Below are positions 24,701-37,900 of a DNA stretch of 64,000 nucleotides, in pieces. Position 1 is the first letter of the stretch; every line of letters begins with the position of its first letter. A model generated the notes under the pieces. It was not told the origin of the DNA. It did not search any database and saw only the letters and a program-made list of their open reading frames with translations. Source of the stretch: Eledone cirrhosa (lineage: Eukaryota); the NCBI GenBank assembly GCA_964016885.1, contig OZ024741.1, forward strand, positions 246,450,001 through 246,514,000, written 5' to 3'. Made by a program: the position numbers and the translations under genes.

Positions 24701-27173
24701 TTATCTCCCCCTGATTTTTTTTACAAATCTCCCAGTGATTTTTTAAAAAAAATTATCTCCCCTTCGCTGGCTGGAAATTATCTCCCCTTGGACGCTGGAA
24801 ATTATAGCCCCTTGGAGGGCTGGAAATTATCTTCCCTTGGACGGCTGGAAATTATCTCCCCTTGATTTTTTTTACAAATTATCTCCCCCTGATTTTTTTT
24901 TACAAATTATCTCCCCCTGATGTTTTTTTACAACTTATCTGCGCCTGATTTTTTTAAAAAAATTATCTCCCCTTGGACGGCTGGAAATTATCTCCCCTTG
25001 GACGGCTGGAAATTATCTCTCCTTGGACGGCTAGAATTTACCTCTCCTTGGACGGCTGAAAATTATCTCCCCTTGGACGGCTGGAAATTATCTCCCCTTG
25101 ATTTTTTTTACAAATTATCTCCCCCTTTTTTTTTTTACAAATTATCTCCCCCTGATTTTTTTTTACAAATTATCTCCCCCTGATTTTTTTTTACAAATTA
25201 TCTCCCCCTGATTTTTTTTACAAATTATCCCCCCCCTGATTTTTTTACAAATTATCTCCCCTTGGCTGGTTGGAAATTATCTCCCCTTGGAGGCTGGAAC
25301 TTATCTCCCCTTGGACGGCTAGAAATTACCTCTCCTTGGACGGCTGGAAAATATGTCTCCTTGGACGGCTGGATATTATCTCCCCTTGGACGGCTGGAAA
25401 TTATCTCCCCTTGGTCGGCTGGAAATTATCTCCCCTTGGATGGCTAGATATTACCTCCCCTTGGACGGCTGGAAATTATTTCCCCTTGATTTTTTTAACA
25501 AATTATCTCCCCCTGATTTTTTTAAAAAAATTATCTCCCCCTGATTTTTTTAAAAAAATTATCTCCCCCTGATTTTTGTTTACAAATTATCTCCGCCTGA
25601 TTTTTTTTAACAAATTATCTCCCCTTGGACGGCTGGAAATTATCTCCCCTTGGACGGCTGGAAATTATATCTCCTTGGACGGCTAGAATTTACCTCTCCT
25701 TGGACGGCTGAAAATTATCTCCCCTTGGACGGCTGGAAATTATCTCCCCTTGATTTTTTTTACAAATTATCTCCCCCTGATTTTTTTTTACAAATTATCT
25801 CCCCCTGATTTTTTTTTACAAATTATCTCCCCCTGATTTTTTTTTACAAATTATCTCCCCCTGATTTTTTTACAAATTATCTCCCCTTGGCTGGCTGGAA
25901 ATTATCTCCCCTTGGAGGCTGGAACTTATCTCCCCTTGGACGGCTAGAAATTACCTCTCCTTGGACGGCTGGAAAATATGTCTCCTTGGACGGCTGGATA
26001 TTATCTCCCCTTGGACTGCTGGAAATTATCTCCCCTTGGACGGCTGGAAATTATCTCCCCTTGGATGGCTAGATATTACCTCCCCTTGGACGGCTGGAAA
26101 TTATCTCCCCTTGATTTTTTTTACAAATTATCTCCCCCTGATTTTTTTTTACAAACTATCTCCCCCTGATTTTTTTTTACAAATTATCTCCCCCTGATTT
26201 TTGTTTACAAATTATCTCCGCCTGATTTTTTTTTTAAAATTATCTCCCCTTGGACGGCTGGAAATTATCTCCCCTTGGACGGCTAGAAATTACCTCTCCT
26301 TGGACGGCTGAAAATTATCTCCCCTTGGACGGCTGGAAATTATCTCCCCTTGATTTTTTTACAAATTATCTCCCCCTGATTTTTTTTTTACAAATTATCT
26401 CCCCCTGATTTTTTTTTACAAATTATCTACCCCTGATTTTTTTTTACAAATTATCTCCCCCTGATTTTTTTTTACAAATTATCTACCCCTGATTTTTTTT
26501 ACAAATTATCTCCCCCTGATTTTTTTTTTACAAATTATCTCCCCCTGATTTTTTTACAAATTATCTCCCCCTGATTTTTTTTACAAATTATCTCCGCCGG
26601 ATTTTTTTAAATATTATCTTCCCTTGGCTTGCGGGAAATTATCTCCCCTTGGACGGCTGAAAATTATCTCCCCTTGGACGGCTGGAAATTATCTCCCCTT
26701 GATTTTTTTTACAAATTATCTACCCCTGATTTTTTTTTACAAATTATCTCCCCCTGATTTTTTTTACAAATTATCTCCCCCTGATTTTTTTTTACAAATT
26801 ATCTCCCCCTGATTTTTTTTACAAATTATCTCCCCCTGATTTTTTTTACAAATTATCTCCCCCTGATTTTTTTTTACAAATTATCTCCCCCTGATTTTTT
26901 TACAAATTATCCCCCCCTGATTTTTTTTTACAAATTATCTCCGCCTGATTTTTTAAAATATTATCTTCCCTTGGCTGGCGGGAAATTATCTCCCCTTGGA
27001 CGGCTGGAAATTATCTGCCCTTGATTTTCTTTTTACAAATTAACTTCCACTGATTTTTTTTACAAATTATCTCCACCTGATTTTTTTAAAAATTATCTCC
27101 CCTTGGAAGGCTGGAAATTATCTCCCCTTGGCTGGAAATTATCTCCCCTTGGACGGCTAGAAATTATCTCTCT
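21237..27173 (+). repeat. One full cycle of a higher-order unit of about 5.9 kb
   Basis: Offsets 21237/27174 (5937) and 22005/27943 (5938); same cyclic cassette order as 40794-46708. Confidence 0.75.
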
Positions 27174-29039
27174 TTGGACGGCTGGAAATTATCACCCCTT
27201 GAGTTTTTTACAAATTATCTCCCCCTGATTTTTTTTACAAATCTCCCAGTGATTTTTAAAAAAAAATTATCTTCCCTTCGCTGGCTGGAAATTATCTCCC
27301 CTTGGACGCTGGAAATTATAGCCCCTTGGAGGGCTGGAAATTATCTTCCCTTGGACGGCTGGAAATTATCTCCCCTTGATTTTTTTTACAAATTATCTCC
27401 CCCTGATTTTTTTTTACAAATTATCTCCCCCTGATTTTTTTTTACAACTTATCTGCGCCTGATTTTTTTAAAAAAATTATCTCCCCTTGGACGGCTGGAA
27501 ATTATCTCCCCTTGGACGGCTGGAAATTATCTCTCCTTGGACGGCTAGAATTTACCTCTCCTTGGACGGCTGAAAATTATCTCCCCTTGGACGGCTGGAA
27601 ATTATCTCCCCTTGATTTTTTTTACAAATTATCTCCCCCTGATTTTTTTTTACAAATTATCTCCCCCTGATTTTTTTTTACAAATTATCTCCCCCTGATT
27701 TTTTTTTACAAATTATCTCCCCCTGATTTTTTTTACAAATTATCTCCCCCTGATTTTTTTTTACAAATTATCTCCCCCTGATTTTTTTTTACAAATTATC
27801 TCCCCCTGATTTTTTTTTACAAATTATCTCCCCCTGATTTTTTTTTACAAATTATCTCCCCCTGATTTTTTTTTACAAATTATCTCCGCCTGATTTTTTT
27901 TTAAAAATTACCTCCCCTTGGACGGCTGGAAATTATCTCCCCTTGGACGGCTGGAAATTATCTCCCCTTGGACGGCTAGAAATTATCTCTCCTTGGACGG
28001 CTGAAAATTATCTCCCCTTGGACGGCTGCAAATTATCTCCCCTTGATTTTTTTACAAATTATCTCCCCCTGATTTTTTTTACAAATTATCTCCCCCTGAT
28101 TTTTTTTACAAATTATCTACCCCTGATTTTTTTTACAAATTATCTCCCCCTGATTTTTTTTTACAAATTATCTCCCCCTGATTTTTTTTACAAATTATCT
28201 CCCCCTGATTTTTCTTTTACAAATTATCTCCCCCTGATTTTTTTACAAAGTATCTCCCCCTGATTTTTTTTACAATCTCCGCCTGATTTTTTTAAAAATT
28301 ATCTTCCCTTGGCTGGCGGGAAATTATCTCCCCTTGGACGGCTGGAAATTATCTCCCCTTGGAAGGATGGAAATTATCTCCCCTTGGACGGCTGGAAATT
28401 ATCTCCCCTTGCACGGCTGGAAATTATCTCCCCTTGGACGGCTAGAAATTATCTCTCTTTGGACGGCTGGAAATTATCTACCTTTGATTTTTTTTACAAA
28501 TTATCTCCCTCTGATTTTTTTTACAAATCTCCCCCTGATTTTTTAAAAAAAATTATCTCCCCTTCGCTGGCTGGAAATTATCTCCCCTTGGACACTGGAA
28601 ATTATAGCCCCTTGGAGGGCTGGAAATTATCTTCCCTTGGACGGCTGGAAATTATCTCCCCCTGATTTTTTTTACAAATTATCTCCGCCTTATTTTTTTA
28701 AAAAATTATCTCTCCTTGGACGGCTGGAAATTATCTCCCCTTGATTTTTTTTACAAATAATCTCCCCCTGATTTTTTTTTACAAATTATCTCCCCCTGAT
28801 TTTTTTTTACAAATTATCTACCCCTGATTTTTTTTTACAAATTATCTCCCCCTGATTTTTTACAAATTATCTCCCCCTGATTTTTCTTTTACAAATTATC
28901 TCCCCCTGATTTTTTTTACAAATTATCTCCGCCTGATTTTTTTAAATATTATCTTCCCTTGGCTGGCGGGAAATTATCTCCCCTTGGACGGCTGGAAATT
29001 ATCTGCCCTTGATTTTCTTTTTACAAATTATCTTCCACT

Positions 29040-32000
29040 GATTTTTTTTACAAATTATCTCCACCTGATTTTTTAAAAAATTATCTCCCCTTGGAAGGCT
29101 GGAAATTATCTCCCCTTGGCTGGAAATTATCTCCCCTTGGACGGCTAGAAATTATCTCTCTTTGTACGGCTGGAAATTATCACCCCTTGAGTTTTTTACA
29201 AATTATCTCCCCCTGATTTTTTTTACAAATCTCCCAGTGTTTTTTAAAAAAAATTATCTCCCCTTCGCTGGCTGGAAATTATCTCCCCTTGGACGCTGGA
29301 AATTATAGCCCCTTGGAGGGCTGGAAATTATCTTCCCTTGGACGGCTGGAAATTATCTCCCCTTGATTTTTTTTACAAATTATCTCCCCCTGATTTTTTT
29401 TTACAAATTATCTCCCCCTGATTTTTTTTTACAACTTATCTGCGCCTGATTTTTTTAAAAAAATTATCTTCCCTTGGACGGCTGGAAATTATCTCCCCTT
29501 GGACGGCTGGAAATTATCTCTCCTTGGACGGCTAGAATTTACCTCTCCTTGGACGGCTGAAAATTATCTCCCCTTGGACGGCTGGAAATTATCTCCCCTT
29601 GATTTTTTTTACAAATTATCTCCCCCTGATTTTTTTTTACAAATTATCTCCCCCTGATTTTTTTTTACAAATTATCTCCGCCTGATTTTTTTTTACAAAT
29701 TATCTCCCCCTGATTTTTTTTACAAATCTCCCAGTGATTTTAAAAAAAAAATTATCTTCCCTTCGCTGGCTGGAAATTATCTCCCCTTGGACGCTGGAAA
29801 TTATAGCCCCTTGGAGGGCTGGAAATTATCTTCCCTTGGACGGCTGGAAATTATCTCCCCTTGATTTTTTTTACAAATTATCTCCCCCTGATTTTTTTTT
29901 ACAAATTATCTCCCCCTGATTTTTTTTTACAACTTATCTGCGCCTGATTTTTTTAAAAAAATTATCTCCCCTTGGACGGCTGGAAATTATCTCCCCTTGG
30001 ACGGCTGGAAATTATCTCTCCTTGGACGGCTAGAATTTACCTCTCCTTGGACGGCTGAAAATTATCTCCCCTTGGACGGCTGGAAATTATCTCCCCTTGA
30101 TTTTTTTTACAAATTATCTCCCCCTGATTTTTTTTTACAAATTATCTCCCCCTGATTTTTTTTTACAAATTATCTCCCCCTGATTTTTTTTACAAATTAT
30201 CTCCCCCTGATTTTTTTTTACAAATTATCTCCCCCTGATTTTTTTTTACAAATTATCTCCCCCTGATTTTTTTTTACAAATTATCTCCCCCTGATTTTTT
30301 TTTACAAATTATCTCCCCCTGATTTTTTTTACAAATTATCTCCCCCTGATTTTTTTTTACAAATTATCTCCGCCTGATTTTTTTTTAAAAATTACCTCCC
30401 CTTGGACGGCTGGAAATTATCTCCCCTTGGACGGCTGGAAATTATCTCCCCTTGGACGGCTAGAAATTATCTCTCCTTGGACGGCTGAAAATTATCTCCC
30501 CTTGGACGGCTGCAAATTATCTCCCCTTGATTTTTTTTACAAATTATCTCCCCCTGATTTTTTTTACAAATTATCTCCCCCTGATTTTTTTTACAAATTA
30601 TCTACCCCTGATTTTTTTTACAAATTATCTCCCCCTGATTTTTTTTTACAAATTATCTCCCCCTGATTTTTTTTTACAAATTATCTCCCCCTGATTTTTC
30701 TTTTACAAATTATCTCCCCCTGATTTTTTTACAAAGCATCTCCCCCTGATTTTTTTTACAATCTCCGCCTGATTTTTTTAAAAATTATCTTCCCTTGGCT
30801 GGCGGGAAATTATCTCCCCTTGGACGGCTGGAAATTATCTCCCCTTGGAAGGATGGAAATTATCTCCCCTTGGACGGCTGGAAATTATCTCCCCTTGCAC
30901 GGCTGGAAATTATCTCCCCTTGGACGGATAGATATTACATCCCCTTGGACGGCTGGAAATTATCTCCCCTTCGCTGGCTGGAAATTATCTCCCCTTGGAC
31001 GCTGGAAATTATAGCCCCTTGGAGGGCTGGAAATTATCTTCCCTTGGACGGCTGGAAATTATCTCCCCTTGATTTTTTTTACAAATTATCTCCCCCTGAT
31101 TTTTTTTACAAATTATCTCCCCCTGATTTTTTTTACAAATTATCTACCCCTGATTTTTTTTACAAATTATCTCCCCCTGATTTTTTTTTACAAATTATCT
31201 CCCCCTGATTTTTTTTTACAAATTATCTCCCCCTGATTTTTTTACAAATTATCTACCCCTGATTTTTTTTACAATCTCCGCCTGATTTTTTTAAAAATTA
31301 TCTTCCCTTGGCTGGCTGGAAATTATCTCCCCTTGGACACTGGAAATTATAGCCCCTTGGAGGGCTGGAAATTATCTTCCCTTGGACGGCTGGAAATTAT
31401 CTCCCCTTGATTTTTTTTACAAATTATCTCCGCCTGATTTTTTTTTACAAATTATCTCCCCCTGATTTTTTTTTACAAATTATCTACCCCTGATTTTTTT
31501 TTACAAATTATCTCCCCCTGATTTTTTTTACAAATTATCTCCCCCTGATTTTTCTTTTACAAATTATCTCCCCCTGATTTTTTTACAAATTATCTCCCCC
31601 TGATTTTTTTTACAAATTATCTCCACCTGATTTTTTAAAAAATTATCTCCCCTTGGAAGGCTGGAAATTATCTCCCCTTGGCTGGAAATTATCTCCCCTT
31701 GGACGGCTAGAAATTATCTCTCTTTGGACGGCTGGAAATTATCACCCCTTGAGTTTTTTACAAATTATCTCCCCCTGATTTTTTTTACAAATCTCCCAGT
31801 GTTTTTTAAAAAAAATTATCTCCCCTTCGCTGGCTGGAAATTATCTCCCCTTGGACGCTGGAAATTATAGCCCCTTGGAGGGCTGGAAATTATCTTCCCT
31901 TGGACGGCTGGAAATTATCTCCCCTTGATTTTTTTTACAAATTATCTCCCCCTGATTTTTTTTTACAAATTATCTCCCCCTGATTTTTTTTTACAACTTA

Positions 32001-34170
32001 TCTGCGCCTGATTTTTTTAAAAAAATTATCTTCCCTTGGACGGCTGGAAATTATTTCCCCTTGGACGGCTGGAAATTATCTCTCCTTGGACGGCTAGAAT
32101 TTACCTCTCCTTGGACGGCTGAAAATTATCTCCCCTTGGACGGCTGGAAATTATCTCCCCTTGATTTTTTTTACAAATTATCTCCCCCTGATTTTTTTTT
32201 ACAAATTATCTCCCCCTGATTTTTTTTTACAAATTATCTCCCCCTGATTTTTTTTTACAAATTATCTCCCCCTGATTTTTTTTACAAATCTCCCAGTGAT
32301 TTTTAAAAAAAAATTATCTTCCCTTCGCTGGCTGGAAATTATCTCCCCTTGGACGCTGGAAATTATAGCCCCTTGGAGGGCTGGAAATTATCTTCCCTTG
32401 GACGGCTGGAAATTATCTCCCCTTGATTTTTTTTACAAATTATCTCCCCCTGATTTTTTTTTACAAATTATCTCCCCCTGATTTTTTTTACAACTTATCT
32501 GCGCCTGATTTTTTTAAAAACATTATCTCCCCTTGGACGGCTGGAAATTATCTCCCCTTGGACGGCTGGAAATTATCTCTCCTTGGACGGCTAGAATTTA
32601 CCTCTCCTTGGACGGCTGAAAATTATCTCCCCTTGGACGGCTGGAAATTATCTCCCCTTGATTTTTTTTACAAATTATCTCCCCCTGATTTTTTTTTACA
32701 AATTATCTCCCCCTGATTTTTTTTTACAAATTATCTCCCCCTGATTTTTTTTACAAATTATCTCCCCCTGATTTTTTTTTACAAATTATCTCCCCCTGAT
32801 TTTTTTTTACAAATTATCTCCCCCTGATTTTTTTTTACAAATTATCTCCCCCTGATTTTTTTTTACAAATTATCTCCCCCTGATTTTTTTTACAAATTAT
32901 CTCCCCCTGATTTTTTTTTACAAATTATCTCCGCCTGATTTTTTTTTAAAAATTACCTCCCCTTGGACGGCTGGAAATTATCTCCCCTTGGACGGCTGGA
33001 AATTATCTCCCCTTGGACGGCTAGAAATTATCTCTCCTTGGACGGCTGAAAATTATCTCCCCTTGGACGGCTGCAAATTATCTCCCCTTGATTTTTTTTA
33101 CAAATTATCTCCCCCTGATTTTTTTTACAAATTATCTCCCCCTGATTTTTTTTACAAATTATCTACCCCTGATTTTTTTTACAAATTATCTCCCCCTGAT
33201 TTTTTTTTACAAATTATCTCCCCCTGATTTTTTTTTACAAATTATCTCCTCCTGATTTTTCTTTTACAAATTATCTCCCCCTGATTTTTTTACAAAGTAT
33301 CTCCCCCTGATTTTTTTTACAATCTCCGCCTGATTTTTTTAAAAATTATCTTCCCTTGGCTGGCGGGAAATTATCTCCCCTTGGACGGCTGGAAATTATC
33401 TCCCCTTGGAAGGATGGAAATTATCTCCCCTTGGACGGCTGGAAATTATCTCCCCTTGATTTTTTTACAAATTATCTCCCCCTGATTTATTTTACAAATC
33501 TCCCAATGATTTTTAAAAAAAAATTATCTCCCCTTCGCTGGCTGGAAATTATCTCCCCTTGGACGCTGGAAATTATAGCCCCTTGGAGGGCTGGAAATTA
33601 TCTTCCCTTGGACGGCTGGAAATTATCTCCCCTTGATTTTTTTTACAAATTATCTCCCCCTGATTTTTTTTACAAATTATCTCCCCCTGATTTTTTTTAC
33701 AAATTATCTACCCCTGATTTTTTTTACAAATTATCTCCCCCTGATTTTTTTTTACAAATTATCTCCCCCTGATTTTTTTTTACAAATTATCTCCCCCTGA
33801 TTTTTTTACAAATTATCTCCCCCTGATTTTTTTTACAATCTCCGCCTGATTTTTTTAAAAATTATCTTCCCTTGGCTGGCTGGAAATTATCTCCCCTTGG
33901 ACACTGGAAATTATAGCCCCTTGGAGGGCTGGAAATTATCTTCCCTTGGACGGCTGGAAATTATCTCCCCTTGATTTTTTTTACAAATTATCTCCGCCTG
34001 ATTTTTTTTTACAAATTATCTCCCCCTGATTTTTTTTTACAAATTATCTACCCCTGATTTTTTTTTACAAATTATCTCCCCCTGATTTTTTTTACAAATT
34101 ATCTCCCCCTGATTTTTCTTTTACAAATTATCTCCCCCTGATTTTTTTACAAATTATCTCCCCCTGATTT
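29040..34170 (+). repeat. Tandem higher-order repeat, period about 2561-2562 bp
   Basis: ORF pairs 29734/32296, 30427/32988 and 30795/33356; private variant CTCCCAGTGTTTT at 29231 and 31793. Confidence 0.88.
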
Positions 34171-34999
34171 TTTTTACAAATTATCTCCGCCTGATTTTTT
34201 TAAATATTATCTTCCCTTGGCTGGCGGGAAATTATCTCCCCTTGGACGGCTGGAAATTATCTGCCCTTGATTTTATTTTTACAAATTATCTTCCACTGAT
34301 TTTTTTTACAAATTATCTCCCCCTGATTTTTTTTTACAAATTATCTCCCCCTGATTTTTTTTTACAAATTATCTCCCCCTGATTTTTTTACAAATTATCT
34401 ACCCCTGATTTTTTTTACAATCTCCGCCTGATTTTTTTAAAAATTATCTTCCCTTGGCTGGCTGGAAATTATCTCCCCTTGGACACTGGAAATTATAGCC
34501 CCTTGGAGGGCTGGAAATTATCTTCCCTTGGACGGCTGGAAATTATCTCCCCCTGATTTTTTTTACAAATTATCTCCCCCCTGATTTTTTTACAAATTAT
34601 CTCCCCTTGGCTGGCTGGAAATTATCTCCCCTTGGAGGCTGGAACTTATCTCCCCTTGGACGGCTAGAAATTACCTCTCCTTGGATGGCTGGAAAATATG
34701 TCTCCTTGGACGGCTGGATATTATCTCCCCTTGGACGGCTGGAAATTATCTCCCCTTGGACGGCTGGAAATTATCTCCCATTGGATGGCTAGATATTACC
34801 TCCCCTTGGACCGCTGGAAATTATCTCCCCTTGATCTTTTTACAAATTATCTCCCCCTGATTTTTTTTTTACAAATTATCTCCCCCTGATTTTTTTTTAC
34901 AAATTATCTACCCCTGATTTTTTTTTACAAATTATCTCCCCCTGATTTTTTTTACAAATTATCTCCCCCTGATTTTTTTTTTACAAATTATCTCCCCCT

Positions 35000-37900
35000 G
35001 ATTTTTTTACAAATTATCTCCCACTGATTTTTTTTACAAATTATCTCCGCCTGATTTTTTTAAATATTATCTCTCCTTGGCTGGCGGGAAATTATCTCCC
35101 CTTGGACGGCTGGAAATTATCTCCCCTTGGAAGGATGGAAATTATCTCCCCTTGGACGGCTGGAAATTATCTACCCCTGATTTTTTTTACAAATTATCTC
35201 CCCCTGATTTTTTTTACAAATTATCTCCCCCTGATTTTTTTTACAAATTATCTACCCCTGATTTTTTTTACAAATTATCTCCCCCTGATTTTTTTTTACA
35301 AATTATCTCCCCCTGATTTTTTTACAAATTATCTCCCCCTGATTTTTTTTACAATCTCCGCCTGATTTTTTTAAAAATTGTCTTCCCTTGGCTGGCTGGA
35401 AATTATCTCCCCTTGGACACTGGATATTATAGCCCCTTGGAGGGCTGGAAATTATCTTCCCTTGGACGGCTGGAAATTATCTCCCCTTGATTTTTTTTAC
35501 AAATTATCTCCGCCTGATTTTTTTTTACAAATTATCTCCCCCTGATTTTTTTTTACAAATTATCTACCCCTGATTTTTTTTTACAAATTATCTCCCCCTG
35601 ATTTTTTTTACAAATTATCTCCCCCTGATTTTTCTTTTACAAATTATCTCCCCCTGATTTTTTTACAAATTATCTCCCCCTGATTTTTTTTACAAATTAT
35701 CTCCGCCTGATTTTTTTAAATATTATCTTCCCTTGGCTGGCGGGAAATTATCTCCCCTTGGACGGCTGGAAATTATCTGCCCTTGATTTTCTTTTTACAA
35801 ATTATCTTCCACTGATTTTTTTTACAAATTATCTTCACCTGATTTTTTAAAAAATTATCTCCCCTTGGAAGGCTGGAAATTATCTCCCCTTGGACGGCTG
35901 GAAATTATCTCCCCTTGGACGGCTAGAAATTATCTCTCCTTGGACGGCTGAAAATTATCTCCCCTTGGACGGCTGCAAATTATCTCCCCTTGATTTTTTT
36001 TACAAATTATCTCCCCCTGATTTTTTTTACAAATTATCTCCCCCTGATTTTTTTACAAATTATCTACCCCTGATTTTTTTTACAAATTATCTCCCCCTGA
36101 TTTTTTTTTACAAATTATCTCCCCCTGATTTTTTTTTACAAATTATCTCCCCCTGATTTTTTTTTACAAATTATCTCCCCCTGATTTTTTTACAAATTAT
36201 CTCCCCCTGATTTTTTTTACAATCTCCGCCTGATTTTTTTAAAAATTATCTTCCCTTGGCTGGCGGGAAATTATCTCCCCTTGGACGGCTGGAAATTATC
36301 TCCCCTTGGAAGGATGGAAATTATCTCCCCTTGGACGGCTGGAAATTATCTCCCCTTGCACGGCTGGAAATTATCTCCCCTTGGCTGGAAATTATCTCCC
36401 CTTGGACGGCTAGAAATTATCTCTCTTTGGACGGCTGGAAATTATCTCCCTTTGATTTTTTTTACAAATTATCTCCCTCTGATTTTTTTTACAAATCTCC
36501 CCCTGATTTTTTTAAAAAAATTATCTCCCCTTCGCTGGCTGGAAATTATCTTCCCTTGGACGGCTGGAAATTATCTCCCCTTGATTTTTTTTACAAATTA
36601 TCTCCGCCTGATTTTTTTTTTAAATTATCTCTCCTTGGACGGCTGGAAATTATCTCCCCTTGATTTTTTTTACAAATAATCTCCCCCTGATTTTTTTTTA
36701 TAAATTATCTCCCCCTGATTTTTTTTTACAAATTATCTACCCCTGATTTTTTTTTACAAATTATCTCCCCCTGATTTTTTTTACAAATTATCTCCGCCTG
36801 ATTTTTTTAAATATTATCTTCCCTTGGCTGGCGGGAAATTACCTCCCCTTGGACGGCTGGAAATTATCTGCCCTTGATTTTCTTTTTACAAATTATCTTC
36901 CACTGATTTTTTTTACAAATTATCTCCACCTGATTTTTTAAAAAATTATCTCCCCTTGGAAGGCTGGAAATTATCTCCCCTTGGACGGCTAGAAATTATC
37001 TCTCTTTGGACGGCTGGAAATTATCACCCCTTGAGTTTTTTACAAATTATCTCCCCCTGATTTTTTTTACAAATCTCCCAGTGATTTTTTAAAAAAAATT
37101 ATCTCCCCTTCGCTGGCTGGAAATTATCTCCCCTTGGACGCTGGAAATTATAGCCCCTTGGAGGGCTGGAAATTATCTTCCCTTGGACGGCTGGAAATTA
37201 TCTCCCCTTGGACGGCTGGAAATTATCTCTCCTTGGACGGCTAGAATTTACCTCTCCTTGGACGGCTGAAAATTATCTCCCCTTGAACGGCTGGAAATTA
37301 TCTCCCCTTGATTTTTTTTACAAATTATCTCCCCCTTTTTTTTTTTTACAAATTATCTCCCCCTGATTTTTTTTTACAAATTATCTCCCCCTGATTTTTT
37401 TTTACAAATTATCTCCCCCTGATTTTTTTTACAAATTATCTCCCCCCTGATTTTTTTACAAATTATCTCCCCTTGGCTGGTTGGAAATTATCTCCCCTTG
37501 GAGGCTGGAACTTATCTCCCCTTGGACGGCTAGAAATTACCTCTCCTTGGACGGCTGGAAAATATGTCTCCTTGGACGGCTGGATATTATCTCCCCTTGG
37601 ACGGCTGGAAATTATCTCCCCTTGGACGGCTGGAAATTATCTCCCCTTGGATGGCTAGATATTACCTACCCTTGGACGGCTGGAAATTATCTCCCCTTGA
37701 TTTTTTTAACAAATTATCTCCCCCTGATTTTTTTTACAAATTATCTCCCCCTGATTTTTTTTAAAAAATTATCTCCCCCTGATTTTTGTTTACAAATTAT
37801 CTCCGCCTGATTTTTTTTAACAAATTATCTCCCCTTGGACGGCTGGAAATTATCTCCCCTTGGACGGCTGGAAATTATATCTCCTTGGACGGCTAGAATT

